A stretch of DNA of 63,890 nucleotides, filler included, from 10 parts of 10 records of this genome joined end to end with filler, not necessarily neighbours in it, one strand, 5' to 3'. Numbered from the whole stretch's first letter, positions 9,919-21,925 are shown. Translations and numbers: made by a program. The notes: generated by a model not told the origin, from the letters alone.

Positions 9919-12900
9919 CCGGAGCCAGAGCCGGAGCCAGAGCCGGAGGCGGACTCACACAGAGACCGAGCAAGCAGCATGGACAGCGCAGGCAGCGTGG
10001 AGAGCACAGGCTCTGATTTCGACGAGTGGATGGAGTCCGCCTTAGGTAGAACAATGAGCCCCACCGAGTTTCTGATAGACCGAGGCCCGGTATCTCTTGA
10101 CGTCGAGCTTGGGCGGACAATCTCTACATTCCATGCAAGCGCCCGGCCAGAGGCATCTTCCGCGGTCGCGGCACTCATCGACGGCGAGGAGCTGAGCCTG
10201 AGTGACGATGAGTGCGATCCAGAATCCGAGCACCCGCATGACACACAGCCCGAGCCCGAGGCCGAACCGAAGCCAGGACTTGAAGCGTGCAAAGACGGTT
10301 CGCCTGGAGTTGGTCCACGCTTCGACGCTGTGCGGCTCAAGGCGGCTGTGGAAGCTCGCGCGAAACCCGTGTGGGAGCGGAGCACGAAGAACGGTGGATC
10401 TAGCACGTGTGGGTGGTGTGACCAAACGTTCGGCCCAACATGCTGGCGCTACCATTGCCGCAGATGTGGATGGGCTGTGTGTGACGGGTGCTCGCCGCAC
10501 CGAATGACTCTGGACACGTGGCTCGAAGACGAAAAACCTCATACGGTGCGACACGACGTAACGGAGGCTCTGCAACGTGTATGTGATGGTTGTGCACGAG
10601 CGGCACATGAGCCAGCGGCTGCACCGGTGTTCTACTTAGCTACAATATCGCGAGTCTCCGATCAGACGAGTGTGGTGCGCTACCTTTGCATCTCGTTGCG
10701 TTGCGATGTATATTCAGCTATCCCGACTCACGCTGAATCCCCTGGTAACACACACTGTCGCCATGTTTATTCAACGCAGCGCCAGGTTGGGCCATTGAAG
10801 GCCGATGCATTTGCGGACTGGGATGCTGCCAGTTCGGTTGATGCACACGCACTGTTTCAACTGCTCCCTGGCGCGTCAGCTGCTACATTGCTATCGAATA
10901 GTTGGCTTATGCGCGACGACACTGTCCGATCACTTCAGCGAAAGGTGGAAGCGATGTTTATCTCTCATCGTGGACGGAAGGAACAGCCGTTCAAGCGCGA
11001 TGTGATGTGGCACGACTCACCCTCCCGAGTTCCACGCCAATCAGTGCGAAGCATCGTCACGCTGGACTTTCGCAGCTACACCCTTACGATCGTCTCGGCT
11101 ACAGCACCAGTGGGGGAGGATACCGCTGGCCACCTTGCCCGTTACAGGAGTGTTGGAGTCCTGGGGCACTCCTCAAGTCGAGCCGTGAAGGTACACTGCG
11201 CAGATTGCCGAACGGTGGACGCGGATGGTGCATTTCTGACATTAGGAGGCCTAACTGTGGGCGACGGGGTGACTGAGGAAGGATGGTCTGAGGGACTCAG
11301 GTTAGCTTCGCCAGGTGATGCGCAGGAGTGGAAGCGAGCCATCACGCAAGTCTGTCAGCAAGCAAAAAACTTGAGCGTACGGTTCCAGCGTTTGCGCTTG
11401 GTTCAGTCGCGCAAACGCCGTGCTGTACATGAGCGTCTGATTCTCCTACGACAGCTGCTAGATGAGGGCGACGTGTGGAGCCAATTCGAGGGTTTAAGTC
11501 CGGCTTCAAAGAACAAGCTTTTGCGGCGTCTGACGAAAGAGCAAGATAAGCGCATTCCGGGAGTGACCTGGGCGTCTGAAGATACAACCCAGTGCCAACA
11601 TCCCGGGTGCAAAACGAAGTTTGGTATCCGACTTGGTATCCCACATAATATGCACCACTGCCGACTCTGTGGCCTATGTGTATGTGGGATACATTTTGTT
11701 GATGTGGGCGCACGTCTACCAGCGAGTACAGCACACGAGGGTGTCCCGCCAGAGACGCAGACAGAGCCAGTAGAGGAGCACAAGACTTCAATAGAACGTG
11801 TTCTCCGGCGCAACCGATTAGAACTGCTGAACACTGAGGTCGATGTTTACAGCGCGAGCTCACTGTGCTGGGTGGTCGGGCGTATCTCTGATGTGGACAA
11901 CGCAACTGGCGACGTGACTGTCAGCTACTCAGGGCTGCCGGGTTCTGACGCTTGTGGCAGTGAAGATTCCCGCGCGGAAGTGGTGCGAGTGAAGATAATC
12001 AAGTCAAGTGCGGGTAGCAGCATTCGCCCCCATCAGGTCACTCCGTGGTCAGACGTGTCAGTGCCTGTGTGTGTCACTTGCAAAGATTTGCTCAGAACTG
12101 TTGACGAATTACCGGAGACCGATCGTCATCCCACGACTGTCGAGCAGATGATGTCGGCAATGAGTGATGACTGCCGCACGGCCAGGACCGCCGGCCCAAG
12201 TGTTGCAAAGGAGCTGCGCAAGGTGTGGGAAGCACGCGCTCCCCTTTTAGACAAAGTCGGACTTCAGCCAGCAGCCATTAAGTTCTCAAAATGGTTGAAA
12301 GCACAAGAGGATCTCAGTCCAGACGATGCTGCATGGGAGGCTAGTATGCGAGAAGCTGGCCTGTTGGACTCGCCAGTGACGTTCGACGGGGGTAGGCCAG
12401 CGAGTGCTGACATGGTCGATCATATGCGCACGAACATCATCAAGATGGTGCAGCGGGCACCAGGTCTCAAGGCTCTGCTTGTCGATAATACGACCGCTGG
12501 TATTCTCTTATCAAGTCTCACTCGTACATCGCTGGCTGAGCAGGCCATCGTTGTCGGTCCAGAATCTCTTGCTTCTTGTTCAGGTCGCGGGGTGAGACAT
12601 CGCCACGTGCGCGCTGTTGTCTGGGTACGCCCAACGGAGGATAATGTACAACAGCTATGCACAGAGCTGCAGAATCCGTCGTTTGCTGAGTATCACATCT
12701 GCTTCTCGAGCCGAGAAGACCATATCATGGGTGACATTGTTCAGCGTTTGGCTATCGCAGACAAGTTTGAAGTTGTACGCGAGGTAAACGAGTGCCTGGG
12801 CGAGTGCGTAGCAATCAGTCCGGGCATGTTCGCGCTGGAAGTCGCGCCATCACAAGAAGAGATGAGTTACTCTGAGCGTGTGCGACGCCTACAAAGTGTC

Positions 12901-14490
12901 ATTCTATCCTTAGGAAGGCAGCCTATTATTCGATACAGTAAGAACAGCGAACAGGCGACAGCAATGGCACAGAAGTTATCCACGAGTATGGCGGAAGCAC
13001 AAGGTCTGGATGAAGTGACGGCTGGTGGTCGTCGTGCGGTTTTGCTAATTGTCGATCGCGAAGACGATCCTTTTACTCCGCTGATGAATCAGTGGACGTT
13101 TATGGCGATGCAGCACGAGCTGTTGCTGGAAAAAGGTTCCTGCGGGTCATCACGGATCTGGTACACGGAAACACACACTGGCGATAAAAAAGTAATGAGT
13201 ACGATTCCACCGGATTGCTCGGTAGATTTTGGGAGGACCTTTGCCACACGACACATGCACGACAATTTTTCGATAGTTTGCGAAGGTTATGAGCAGTTGA
13301 AAGCCCAGCACATTGCCCTCAAGAAGGAAATACTTGCACAGCGACATGCAACAGGCCGTGCGGAAGATGTCCAGCGTGCGATCGACCTATTTAAAGTCAG
13401 AGTCGACCCAAACCACAACCACGATGTGACTTGCATTCCGCTGGTACAAGAGCTTGAGAAGCGTGCCACTTACCAGCATGCTGAGGATGTAGCTCGTTTT
13501 CAAGTCAGTGTTGTAGACTGTGCGGAAGCAAGTCCAGATTTGCAGCAGCCATCAGACTATAGATACTTCAAGGACCATCACGATGAGCTCACCCGTTTGC
13601 TTTCGCAGATATTGTGCATCAATCCGGCAGTTGTAGCTGCCGGAGCACACGGCAACACCAATGACTCGCCAACTGGTACCCACAGTGGAATGGTTATGCA
13701 AAGCATCATGCTCCAGCGTAAGCGAGCATTGCTGACTTTCGCCCTGCGCTACCCTCGGAGTCAACCTGGAGGCGAAGCGTGGTTTGGGCTATGTACTAGC
13801 GAAGAGAGGAACCTCGTTCACTTTGTGCGGCACAGTGCACAGCGATTTGCTGCCTGGATTCCGCTTCGAGACTGTTCCGCTGCTAGACGGTTTTATGAGA
13901 CGCGGTGGGACACAAATTCACCGATTCTAACCTACCGACCGAGGCTCGAGTGGACTTTACACAGGCTCTTACACAACAAGCTTGGCGAGGAGCAATATGC
14001 GTTCGCATGCGAGGGCGACGAGGACGAAGTCCGCGCAGCGCGCTTTGCTTGTTCTCGGCCGGTACGTCAACTTGACCATTCTGAAATATGATGTATAGCG
14101 AAAGCCATACCAGTATCTTTTTAAAAGATATATCATTGCCCCATCTTTTGCAGGACCATCAACATAAGTACAGCATTGTTTCTATATCTAGTAGCCCTAC
14201 CTGATACATCATCGTAGGACGATTGAAAACATCACCCGTTGCTTGGTGCGTGTTTACAGAGGCGACTGGACGTAATCGTCTTCTTTGTTGGTGGTATTAC
14301 GTGTCAAGAAGCTCGCATTGTCCACGAGTTCAACGCTGCGTTGGGCGGCAACACTGGCGGCAGACGTACCATGCAGGTCATTTGTGGTGGTGACTTCGTC
14401 ACTAGTGGCAGCCGATTTTGCGCTGAGTTGTCACGGGCAGCTGAAGCACACGTGAGGGCTGCTGAGCCCCGTGCCGATCCCGATGTCTAA
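9919..14490 (+). CDS. VPS45: FYVE-PH-like-FYVE fused to a Sec1/Munc18 (Vps45-like) domain; 5' end probably truncated; intron 14062-14259
   Basis: FYVE1: CGWC..F....RYHCRRCGWAVCDGC...RVCDGC. FYVE2: CQHPGC..HHCRLCGLCVC...VCVTC. Vps45 signatures: LKALLVD, VWVRPTEDNVQQLCTELQNPSFAEYHICFS, LAIADKFEVVREVNE, LLIVDREDDPFTPLMNQWTF. The last exon VIVFFVGGITCQEA...VICGG is joined in phase 0 by a GT-AG intron. Confidence 0.85.
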
Positions 14491-15092
14491 CCATTAGTAG
14501 GTGTAGTGAGGGTGGAGAAGACTCGTATCGATGCACCCATGTATCTCTGCCCATAATTATCACGGCTGGTCATGTGCCAGCTTGACGAGTCTGCAACTTG
14601 ATGATATCGCGATCACGACGGACCCGGGTGTGGGGAGGCAGGTCCAGGTAGTACTTTGGGCTATGATGAGCTGGTTGTATACGAGGAAGTGACAATCTTC
14701 CCATTTGCAACAGTCGAGTATGGATTCACGAAAAGCTAGCGTTGGGCTGTGTGTTCGTACAACATTGGAGCCGTATCGAGCTCGAACCAGTGCTTCCATT
14801 TGTGTGAACACTCCATCTTCGAGATGTGCGGGTTATGTCGAGCTTGGCCCCTACGTATATAGATCTAACTGCGTCCCAGACTCCGTGGTTTCTTTGCGTG
14901 CATCCAACTTCGTACCTAATGGGTACAGACATTCTACTTGGCATTCCACCACAACGGCCCACTTTGGGTCGGGCTTGTCGCTGTTGTCGTCGAGGTCAAA
15001 CAAGCTGCGCGCGGGTTGTTGGATGCGAAGCATGCAAAACGTCATATGTGGTGATTTGCGAAGCCTCCACGGACAGCAGTGGTTGAGCTTCG

Positions 15093-15905
15093 TCAGAACT
15101 TGAAGACGCTGTCTCTGGCGAAGCCGAGCTCGCCCAGCAAACCGCTCTCCTCGTCTTGCCCTCTGGCCCCGCAAATGCTTTCGTACATCGGCGGTGGTCC
15201 GCAGACACACACCAGCGCATCGGCGCTCGGCTGGGGCAGCAAGGCCTCAAGCTTTGGTTTATCGATGCGCCCGGCCATCCCACTCCAGTCGGCAGGCGGA
15301 GACGACAGCACCAGCACGAGGGTGAACTGGCCCACTGCTTCAGCGGCCCACGCTTCGAGTTGCGCCCGGCACAGGATGTCTCGCTCCTCCGTGTTGGCAA
15401 AGACCAAGGTGAGGTTTGTGCTGTCAACTGGATTATCCAGCACCGTCTTGATGAGTTGCATGCACGGAGTAATTCCGGTACCGCCAGCGAGCATGGTGAT
15501 GGAACCTTTCATGTTCGGCGAATATGCCAGCTTCTCCCTGGGCCCGTCGTAGTCAACTACGTCCCCGACCTCGAGCGTGCCCAGGTGTTTCGATAGCCGA
15601 CCTTGCGAGTATACCTTCACCATGAGCTCGAGGGTAGATCCATCAGTGCTGAGTGGGGTGTACGGGCGAGTGTGCTGCGAGCCACCCTCGCCCACCGGCG
15701 CAGAGCACAGGATGGCAGACGTGCTGCCGTCTATGGAGACGCCTCCTTGGTGGGTGAACGTGATCACCTTCGTATTGTAATTTTCGTCCCGAACTGCTGT
15801 CACAGTCAGCTGCTTCTTGCCGGCTGCGGCCGGGTTCTCCGTCGTGGCTGCTCCGGCTCCGTCCTCGCCTCCGCCCGTTGCCTCACTGCCGAAGCATGCG
15901 CCCAT
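15093..15905 (-). CDS. NADH-cytochrome b5 reductase-like flavoprotein with an N-terminal acylation motif
   Basis: RPYTP (FAD binding), LMVKVY.QGRLS, MLAGGTGITP, LVFANTEERDIL, VCGPPPM, terminal VFKF. Starts MGACFGS. Confidence 0.92.
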   Translation of the reverse strand: MGACFGSEATGGGEDGAGAATTENPAAAGKKQLTVTAVRDENYNTKVITFTHQGGVSIDGSTSAILCSAPVGEGGSQHTRPYTPLSTDGSTLELMVKVYSQGRLSKHLGTLEVGDVVDYDGPREKLAYSPNMKGSITMLAGGTGITPCMQLIKTVLDNPVDSTNLTLVFANTEERDILCRAQLEAWAAEAVGQFTLVLVLSSPPADWSGMAGRIDKPKLEALLPQPSADALVCVCGPPPMYESICGARGQDEESGLLGELGFARDSVFKF

Positions 15906-16222
15906 TCAGCACGCGGCACTGCAGGGCTCTCTCTCTCTCTCTCCTCTATCTCTCTTTCTTTTCTCTCGGTGTCACCAGCCTGCACCAGCCACTCTACACT
16001 GCACGAGATAACCGCGAAAAAAAAATTACCGCGGCCCTGCGTGGTACCGCGCGCCGCGCGCGCGCGCGCGTACAGGCGGCGAGTGCGTTCTGTGGTCTGT
16101 GTTCAACGAACGCGCGCGTGCGTGTACTTTAACAGTACTATACATACATGTACTAGATCTAGATCTAGTACGGTACTACCATAGAGATCTACTACTGTAT
16201 GTTTGGGTTGCGCTGCCTTCTT

Positions 16223-16322
16223 NNNNNNNNNNNNNNNNNNNNNNNNNNNNNNNNNNNNNNNNNNNNTTAATTAATTAANNNNNNNNNNNNNNNNNNNNNN
16301 NNNNNNNNNNNNNNNNNNNNNN
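16223..16322. other. Artificial contig-joining linker
   Basis: N44-TTAATTAATTAA-N44. Confidence 0.99.
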
Positions 16323-16425
16323 CCAAGCTCCGGAGTTTATTGAATGAAAAAAACACAACCGAAAATAGACAAAGAGTGACGTCCTTATCAACTCCCCTCT
16401 AGATCTAGTAGTCGTGCATGTACTC

Positions 16426-16790
16426 GACTTGCACTACAAGTCGGTCACCTTCGGGACGTTCGGCTCGTTTGGCACTGGCACTTGGAGCGTCATCACCACG
16501 GCGTGCGACCCCTCGACGCACCCGAAGGCCCTCGACGACAACAACCCGTACTCCCGTGGAATTCGCCCAGCCCGAAGCGCGACTTCACTCTCTCTCTCTC
16601 GGCTTCGCTCTACAGCGTGCCAATTGCCGCACGCTGCGCAATGCAGACAAGCGCCTTCGCATCGCGCGCAGCAGCGGAAAACCTTCCTCTGGCACCCGCC
16701 CTACGTTCTCTGACGAGGACTATTAGGAGGGTGTATGTGGTTTAACTTTGCTTCTTTGTAACTTGAAGTATTGTAACAACAACTGAAATT
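16426..16790 (+). mobile_element. Degenerate 3' fragment of a non-LTR retrotransposon (RLE/CRE-like C-terminus)
   Basis: Reading across two frameshifts gives YKSVTFGTFGSFGTGTWSVI...P WNSPSPKRDFTLSL GFALQRANCRTL...DY*. This resembles the 'F.P...ET.G..G......LS.ALQR.N...L' tail of RLE-type elements, and an AT-rich tail follows. Confidence 0.5.
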
Positions 16791-17028
16791 AGTATTCGAC
16801 ACTTCATGTCCGACGAGCGACATATGTCCCTTTTCGATGTACCCGCGGCGGTACGGTACGCCGCGATCGACGGCCGCGCAGCAGTCGCGCGCGACGCGAC
16901 CGCGAGTACCGCGCGGCGTTCCGATGGTCTTCGTTCGTCCAGCATCCCACGCATCGCACATGTCCGTCGTCACGCGCGGTACGGCGCCGACCTGCCGACG
17001 CACCTCGCTGCCGACGCGGATCGTATCG

Positions 17029-19428
17029 ATGGCACAGGTTGTGCATGGGCTGGCGCTGGCAGTACTCGCTGCAGGAGCTGCCACCATCGACTTACCGGGT
17101 CGCGCAGCTGATCCCGCCGCGGTTGTGTATTGGGCAACCAATCCGGTGCGCCCGAATGAGACTGTGCTTGTTGCGGGCGCAGGCCTGAAAGGGGCGACGG
17201 TAGAATGGTGCCACACCAGCGAAACGTGCGCCCCAGCCCTGGCAGCAGTTGGAGAGTCAGCTGTGCGAGCCGTGCTGCCGAGCAATTGCACGACCCCCTG
17301 CGCGTTGCGGATAACCACCAAATCAGCTGGTACGGTCAGTGTCGACATTAATGGCCCTGAAGTAACCTGGGCTCGGGTCGTTGACAATGCTGGTGCAACT
17401 AGTACCAACACGAGTCGACTGCTTCGCATTTTTGGGCGAGCTTTGGCTTGGGAAAGTGACGGTAATGCGTGTGTGTCAGCCGCTCACCCACAGACACTTG
17501 ATTCAACAGTTTTGAGGCTCGGTGATAACACTTTCATCCCATACGGCGTGGTGAGCTGTTATGAGGCATCATTCATGCTCCCTGACTCGATCCCGGGCGG
17601 ATCCACCAAGGTACAGGGAGTTTTGTCAACCGTGTGGGGGCATGCTACCTTTGACGTCCTCATTCCTCCTCTAGTTCGTGAGCCGAGTTCTACGGTAACG
17701 ATTGACGTCGACGTTGAACACGCTGGGAACATCACTGCTGCAGTCAACGCCGCAGCAGCAGTGGGTGCTCCAACGCGGGTTCAAATCAAACTTGGAGCGA
17801 AAACTTACACCCTAGCCACATCAATAACGGTGCCAAATCGCACAACTCTGTTGGGTTTGGGGAATGGTTTGACCATACTGGAGTTTTCACTGCCCGACGA
17901 TATTCCACTGCTGCCTGTGTCGACCAAGGATCCCCTCTATGCCACCACACAAGCCTTTGCTATTGGCGGTGGTGCTTCTGAGTGGTCACTTCGAAACCTC
18001 TCCGTGGTGCTACTTCGATCCCCGCCAATGTCTGCCGCCGTATGGCTCGACGGATGCGGCAGACATGGTAGTGGCGAGGGAACAAGGCTCCGGCTGCTAG
18101 GAATTACGGTCAGACTGCTTCAAGACAATATATCCAACAACGCAGTCGTGATCGAGGGTTGCGCAACACCTGATGGTATGGGGGGCGGTACCGACTTTGA
18201 AATTGGTTGGTCGAATTTCGTGCAGGAGGGAAAATGTTGGGCGTTGACTCAACACCAAAAACAAAGCTTTCACCACTCGTGGGGAGGCAACGCAAAGTCT
18301 GTACTCACGACTATAAGCGCTTCGGGTGGTTGGATACATGATAGTGAAGTTCAGTGGAATTGCGGTGGTCCCATCTCGTTTGTGACAACCGACCGCACTA
18401 TAGTTGAGAACAATATCTTCAATTGTACAGGTGGCACTCCCACCGGAGACGGTGCGTATGTCATCGAAGGCGCCAGTGCCTTGAGCTCGTGGCATTTCAC
18501 CTCTCGTCCTAGCTCAAAGCTGTGGAGTATTGCTCGCAACCAATTCCTCCGGCCTCCGCACAACAACAAAGTGGACCCTACACATCAAAATTGGTACCAG
18601 CGCGAGTCACTGACGTCTGACGCGCCAGGGGAGTATGGACATGGCATGCTACTCGCTGTACATGGAGCTCGGGTTCGTGTTGCCTGGAATGTGACAAAAT
18701 ACGATCGGCACGTCAATATCACTGAAGGTGCGACCCTGATAGTTTTGGGAGGACCTGGGCTTGGGCAGCGCCGGATAATTGCGGATTACAGCAGGACAAC
18801 AGACGAGATTATTCTGAACACACCTCTTGATCTGCATGCTAAGCCTCTGCTGTCCTATGTCGCTGTTATTCCGAGCGACCACGACTACGTGATCGCAGGC
18901 AACACCTTCACGTGGGGAAACGTGGTGCAGCTGTTTGGCAATTCATTCCGAGGTATCCTGGCTGACAATAAACTCGAAAATTGCAACCACAAACGTATGA
19001 ATCAGGCACCGACGGACACTTGGGAACTTGGGGCAATGCGAGCATACGGTCTCCACTATCACGGTGCAAGCCCAGTCTTCTTCACAGAGATCGTCGGAAA
19101 TACACTGGTAAATAGCGATGGAATTGTGCTGGGAAATCAGAAGCCTCCGTTAGACCCGGGGCAAGTCTGCAGCGGGTACAGTCAAAGTTGCGTCGCATAT
19201 TTGCGGTGGGCAGTGGTGCGCCGCAACATTGTGAGCGGCATTTCGGCAGCTGCTCGGAGTCTATCGACGACAGAGCCACCATGTGGCTACATCAGTACCA
19301 ACGGGCCTCGCCACCCGTTTGCAACTGATGTGATTGTAGAGCACAACGCATTTGGGTGCCCACAACCAGGTTTTTTGCCGTACAATGGCACGCACCTCGA
19401 GTTCTGTAGCAACTGCACCAAACGATAG
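17029..19428 (+). CDS. Secreted pectin-lyase-fold (right-handed beta-helix) protein, putative glycoside hydrolase or lyase
   Basis: Signal peptide MAQVVHGLALAVLAAGAA, then YWATNPVRPNETVLVAG, NITAAVNAAA...LGAKTYTL...VPNRTTLLGLG, and repeated beta-helix turns (IVENNIF, IARNQF, IAGNTF, VVRRNIV, IVEHNAF). Intronless. Confidence 0.75.
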   Translation: MAQVVHGLALAVLAAGAATIDLPGRAADPAAVVYWATNPVRPNETVLVAGAGLKGATVEWCHTSETCAPALAAVGESAVRAVLPSNCTTPCALRITTKSAGTVSVDINGPEVTWARVVDNAGATSTNTSRLLRIFGRALAWESDGNACVSAAHPQTLDSTVLRLGDNTFIPYGVVSCYEASFMLPDSIPGGSTKVQGVLSTVWGHATFDVLIPPLVREPSSTVTIDVDVEHAGNITAAVNAAAAVGAPTRVQIKLGAKTYTLATSITVPNRTTLLGLGNGLTILEFSLPDDIPLLPVSTKDPLYATTQAFAIGGGASEWSLRNLSVVLLRSPPMSAAVWLDGCGRHGSGEGTRLRLLGITVRLLQDNISNNAVVIEGCATPDGMGGGTDFEIGWSNFVQEGKCWALTQHQKQSFHHSWGGNAKSVLTTISASGGWIHDSEVQWNCGGPISFVTTDRTIVENNIFNCTGGTPTGDGAYVIEGASALSSWHFTSRPSSKLWSIARNQFLRPPHNNKVDPTHQNWYQRESLTSDAPGEYGHGMLLAVHGARVRVAWNVTKYDRHVNITEGATLIVLGGPGLGQRRIIADYSRTTDEIILNTPLDLHAKPLLSYVAVIPSDHDYVIAGNTFTWGNVVQLFGNSFRGILADNKLENCNHKRMNQAPTDTWELGAMRAYGLHYHGASPVFFTEIVGNTLVNSDGIVLGNQKPPLDPGQVCSGYSQSCVAYLRWAVVRRNIVSGISAAARSLSTTEPPCGYISTNGPRHPFATDVIVEHNAFGCPQPGFLPYNGTHLEFCSNCTKR

Positions 19429-20001
19429 CCGAACTGGCGCACAGTCGTTAGGAGCGCTCTCGGACGTGCAAACGATGTCAATGACCGGCCGGCCAAGTCG
19501 ACGAAGAAATGTTTGGCAGCGACTAAGATCGTGTTTGCAACCATAGCATGTTGTTGAGGAGCACAATCAACAATCATGATGTTTCTTCGTACAGTTGTAG
19601 ATGCATACCATATATATCACACAATATAAGATGTTGTTTTCCTTACAGATATTCCCACTTCAAAATAGCTTACTTAGCGTACTTAGTATACTATATCACA
19701 ACATTTTATTACGGATACAACTTCTGGGGTGGGCGGGTGGAAGAGGGAGGGGGTCGCGTAAGGGTTGGGCGAAAAACGGAGTCGCGTGGCGATTGACCAG
19801 ACCCGCCAGTTATCTTGGCGCTGCCAGCGCCAGCTATCTTAATCCAGACCGCACGGCCGCTGTCCGCGCTTGTGACTGTTGGCATGGTCGGCCACTCTCC
19901 CGACGTCCCAGGAGGGGAGGAGACGGTGACACCGGGCATTAGGCCCAGTTGTGAAATCACGGCACGAAGTAGCCTATCGATAAGTTCCGTCACGCCAGCG
20001 A

Positions 20002-21380
20002 TCATAATCGATGAAAGGCATGGTGGTGGTCGCTCCTCAAAAGAGCATCATCGACAATTGCCGCGTTGACCGCAACGCGTAGGTCATCGTTGTAGTTATG
20101 CAACGTCCCAGTGGGCTGATTGGTTGGCCCGTGCCCGTGTAGCTGTGAAAAAAACACAACCACCATGGAGTTGGCCGGATCGACCCAGCTGCGGACACAA
20201 ATCCAAGAAGGTAGCAAGAATCACGGATCGTAGTGGCTGAGCGCACAGTGCCCAGAACTGCAGCTGGTAGCAAGCCCAACACTTACAAGGTCGTACAAGC
20301 TCCACCTAGCCAGCTGTACTCGCCCATCGCCTTCAAGCCCATACACTTGATTGTATCTGTAACAACAGATACACCAAGTCCAAATCCCGTTCCAGCTCCT
20401 GGGTTTGTCGGCGTCATCGCGCCACTTGTAAGATCACCACAGTCCACAGCAAGTCCCCCGGTCGCCGCAGGGAGATGATTTGATCGCATAAGCTCTACCG
20501 TCGCGCTGGCTAAGATTCGGGCTCCATTTGAGCCGACTCCACCATTGCACAACATCTGTGCGAATGCGAGGTAGTCATCAATCGTGCAGACCATTCCACC
20601 ACTCGGCCCCGGAAAGTAGCCCTGCGGCCCATTCGCCTGGTACACGAACGGTCCTGCGACCTGCGGCTCGGGCCCATCTTCGCGAAGTCCATCTTCTGTT
20701 CGTCGATACTGCCGAACTAAGCGATGGTGTTTACTCGTGGGAAGACGATAATGAGCATCTGTCATCTCAAGAGGCTCGAAGATTTCTGCGTGCACGAACT
20801 CGTCGTACGGCCGGCTCGACCAGACTTCAATCAGCCGACCGATGATGCTGATGCCTTCCCCGTATCGAAACTGCGTGCCTGGCTGAAACAAGAGTGGTAG
20901 CGAAGCAGCAGTTGTAGTGTACTCCGATAGCGTTCGTGCTGCCGGAGCTACGTTTCCGGAGTGTAAGCCCGCTGTGTGCGTAAAAAGATGCAGTATGGTG
21001 AGCGGGCTCGCCAGGGGCTCGGATGGCATCGTGAGGGCCTCTGCCGGCTGTGGTGGCGGCCTGGTCGTCCCAGCGACCACTCTCACGCCAGCAAATTCTG
21101 GTAGGTAGGCGCTCACGGGATCACCGAGGTGAAAGCACCCACGCTCGTAGAGGATCAGCGCCGCCACTGCAGTCACGGGTTTCGTCATGCTGTAGACCCG
21201 AAAGATTGCGTCGCTCCGCAGCGCTTGGTCGGGGGCGGCTTCGCCACAGGACTCTTCGAGCAGCACTTCACCGTGTCGGGCGACACGGATGGATGCCATC
21301 GGCCACTCTGCACGCTCGACGCCGTCACGAAGGAGACCTCGCACGCGTTCGAGCCGCTCTGGGGACATACATGGTGCCAT
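20002..21380 (-). CDS. Serine hydrolase, beta-lactamase/class C esterase family; intron 20286-20189
   Basis: IFRVYSMTKP (SxxK), LFTHTAG, LLFQPGTQFRYG, GGMVCTIDDYLAFAQML, RIL. Splicing restores GACTTFWVDPANSMVVVFFSQ. Confidence 0.92.
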
Positions 21381-21825
21381 CGCGGCCCGCCCCGGGCCCG
21401 CCGCCGGCCGCGCCTCGCTCTGCGATGCACCACCGCACGCGTGTAGTCGCGGCGTGCGTACGTGTGCGCTGCTGTACTCGCGCCCGCGGGGTTCGGCGCG
21501 CGCGCCTCCGCGTCCGAGCGCAGCGAGCGCAAGAGGCGGCCTCCCCCCGAAACGTTCGGGTGGTATGGAGCGTTGCATCTTGCTGATAACGCATGTGATG
21601 CATGGTTCAGACGATCTGGTTGTGGCTGTAGCAATTCCACAAAACCCAAAAATCCCTACTAGCAATCAAGCAATGCTGTCGCGCCAGGTCGCTAGCTCCG
21701 GTGTTCCCGACTTCCACGGGGTGTACCACACATGTATGTGGGCCTTCGCAAGGCCAGCTTCAGCGCAGTAGGGTCGGCTTGCAGTGCCGAGGCCGGGAAA
21801 AACGGTTACCGTTTCGAATTTTGGT

Positions 21826-21925
21826 NNNNNNNNNNNNNNNNNNNNNNNNNNNNNNNNNNNNNNNNNNNNTTAATTAATTAANNNNNNNNNNNNNNNNNNN
21901 NNNNNNNNNNNNNNNNNNNNNNNNN
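21826..21925. other. Artificial contig-joining linker
   Basis: N44-TTAATTAATTAA-N44. Confidence 0.99.

Noticed and set aside
14500-15090. Short ORFs between the Vps45 fusion and the b5 reductase
   Set aside because: No recognisable motif or coherent exon chain. Probably UTRs or decayed sequence.
20002-21380. Antibiotic-resistance beta-lactamase
   Set aside because: The SxxK fold family includes many esterases and amidases, and nothing here indicates beta-lactam specificity.
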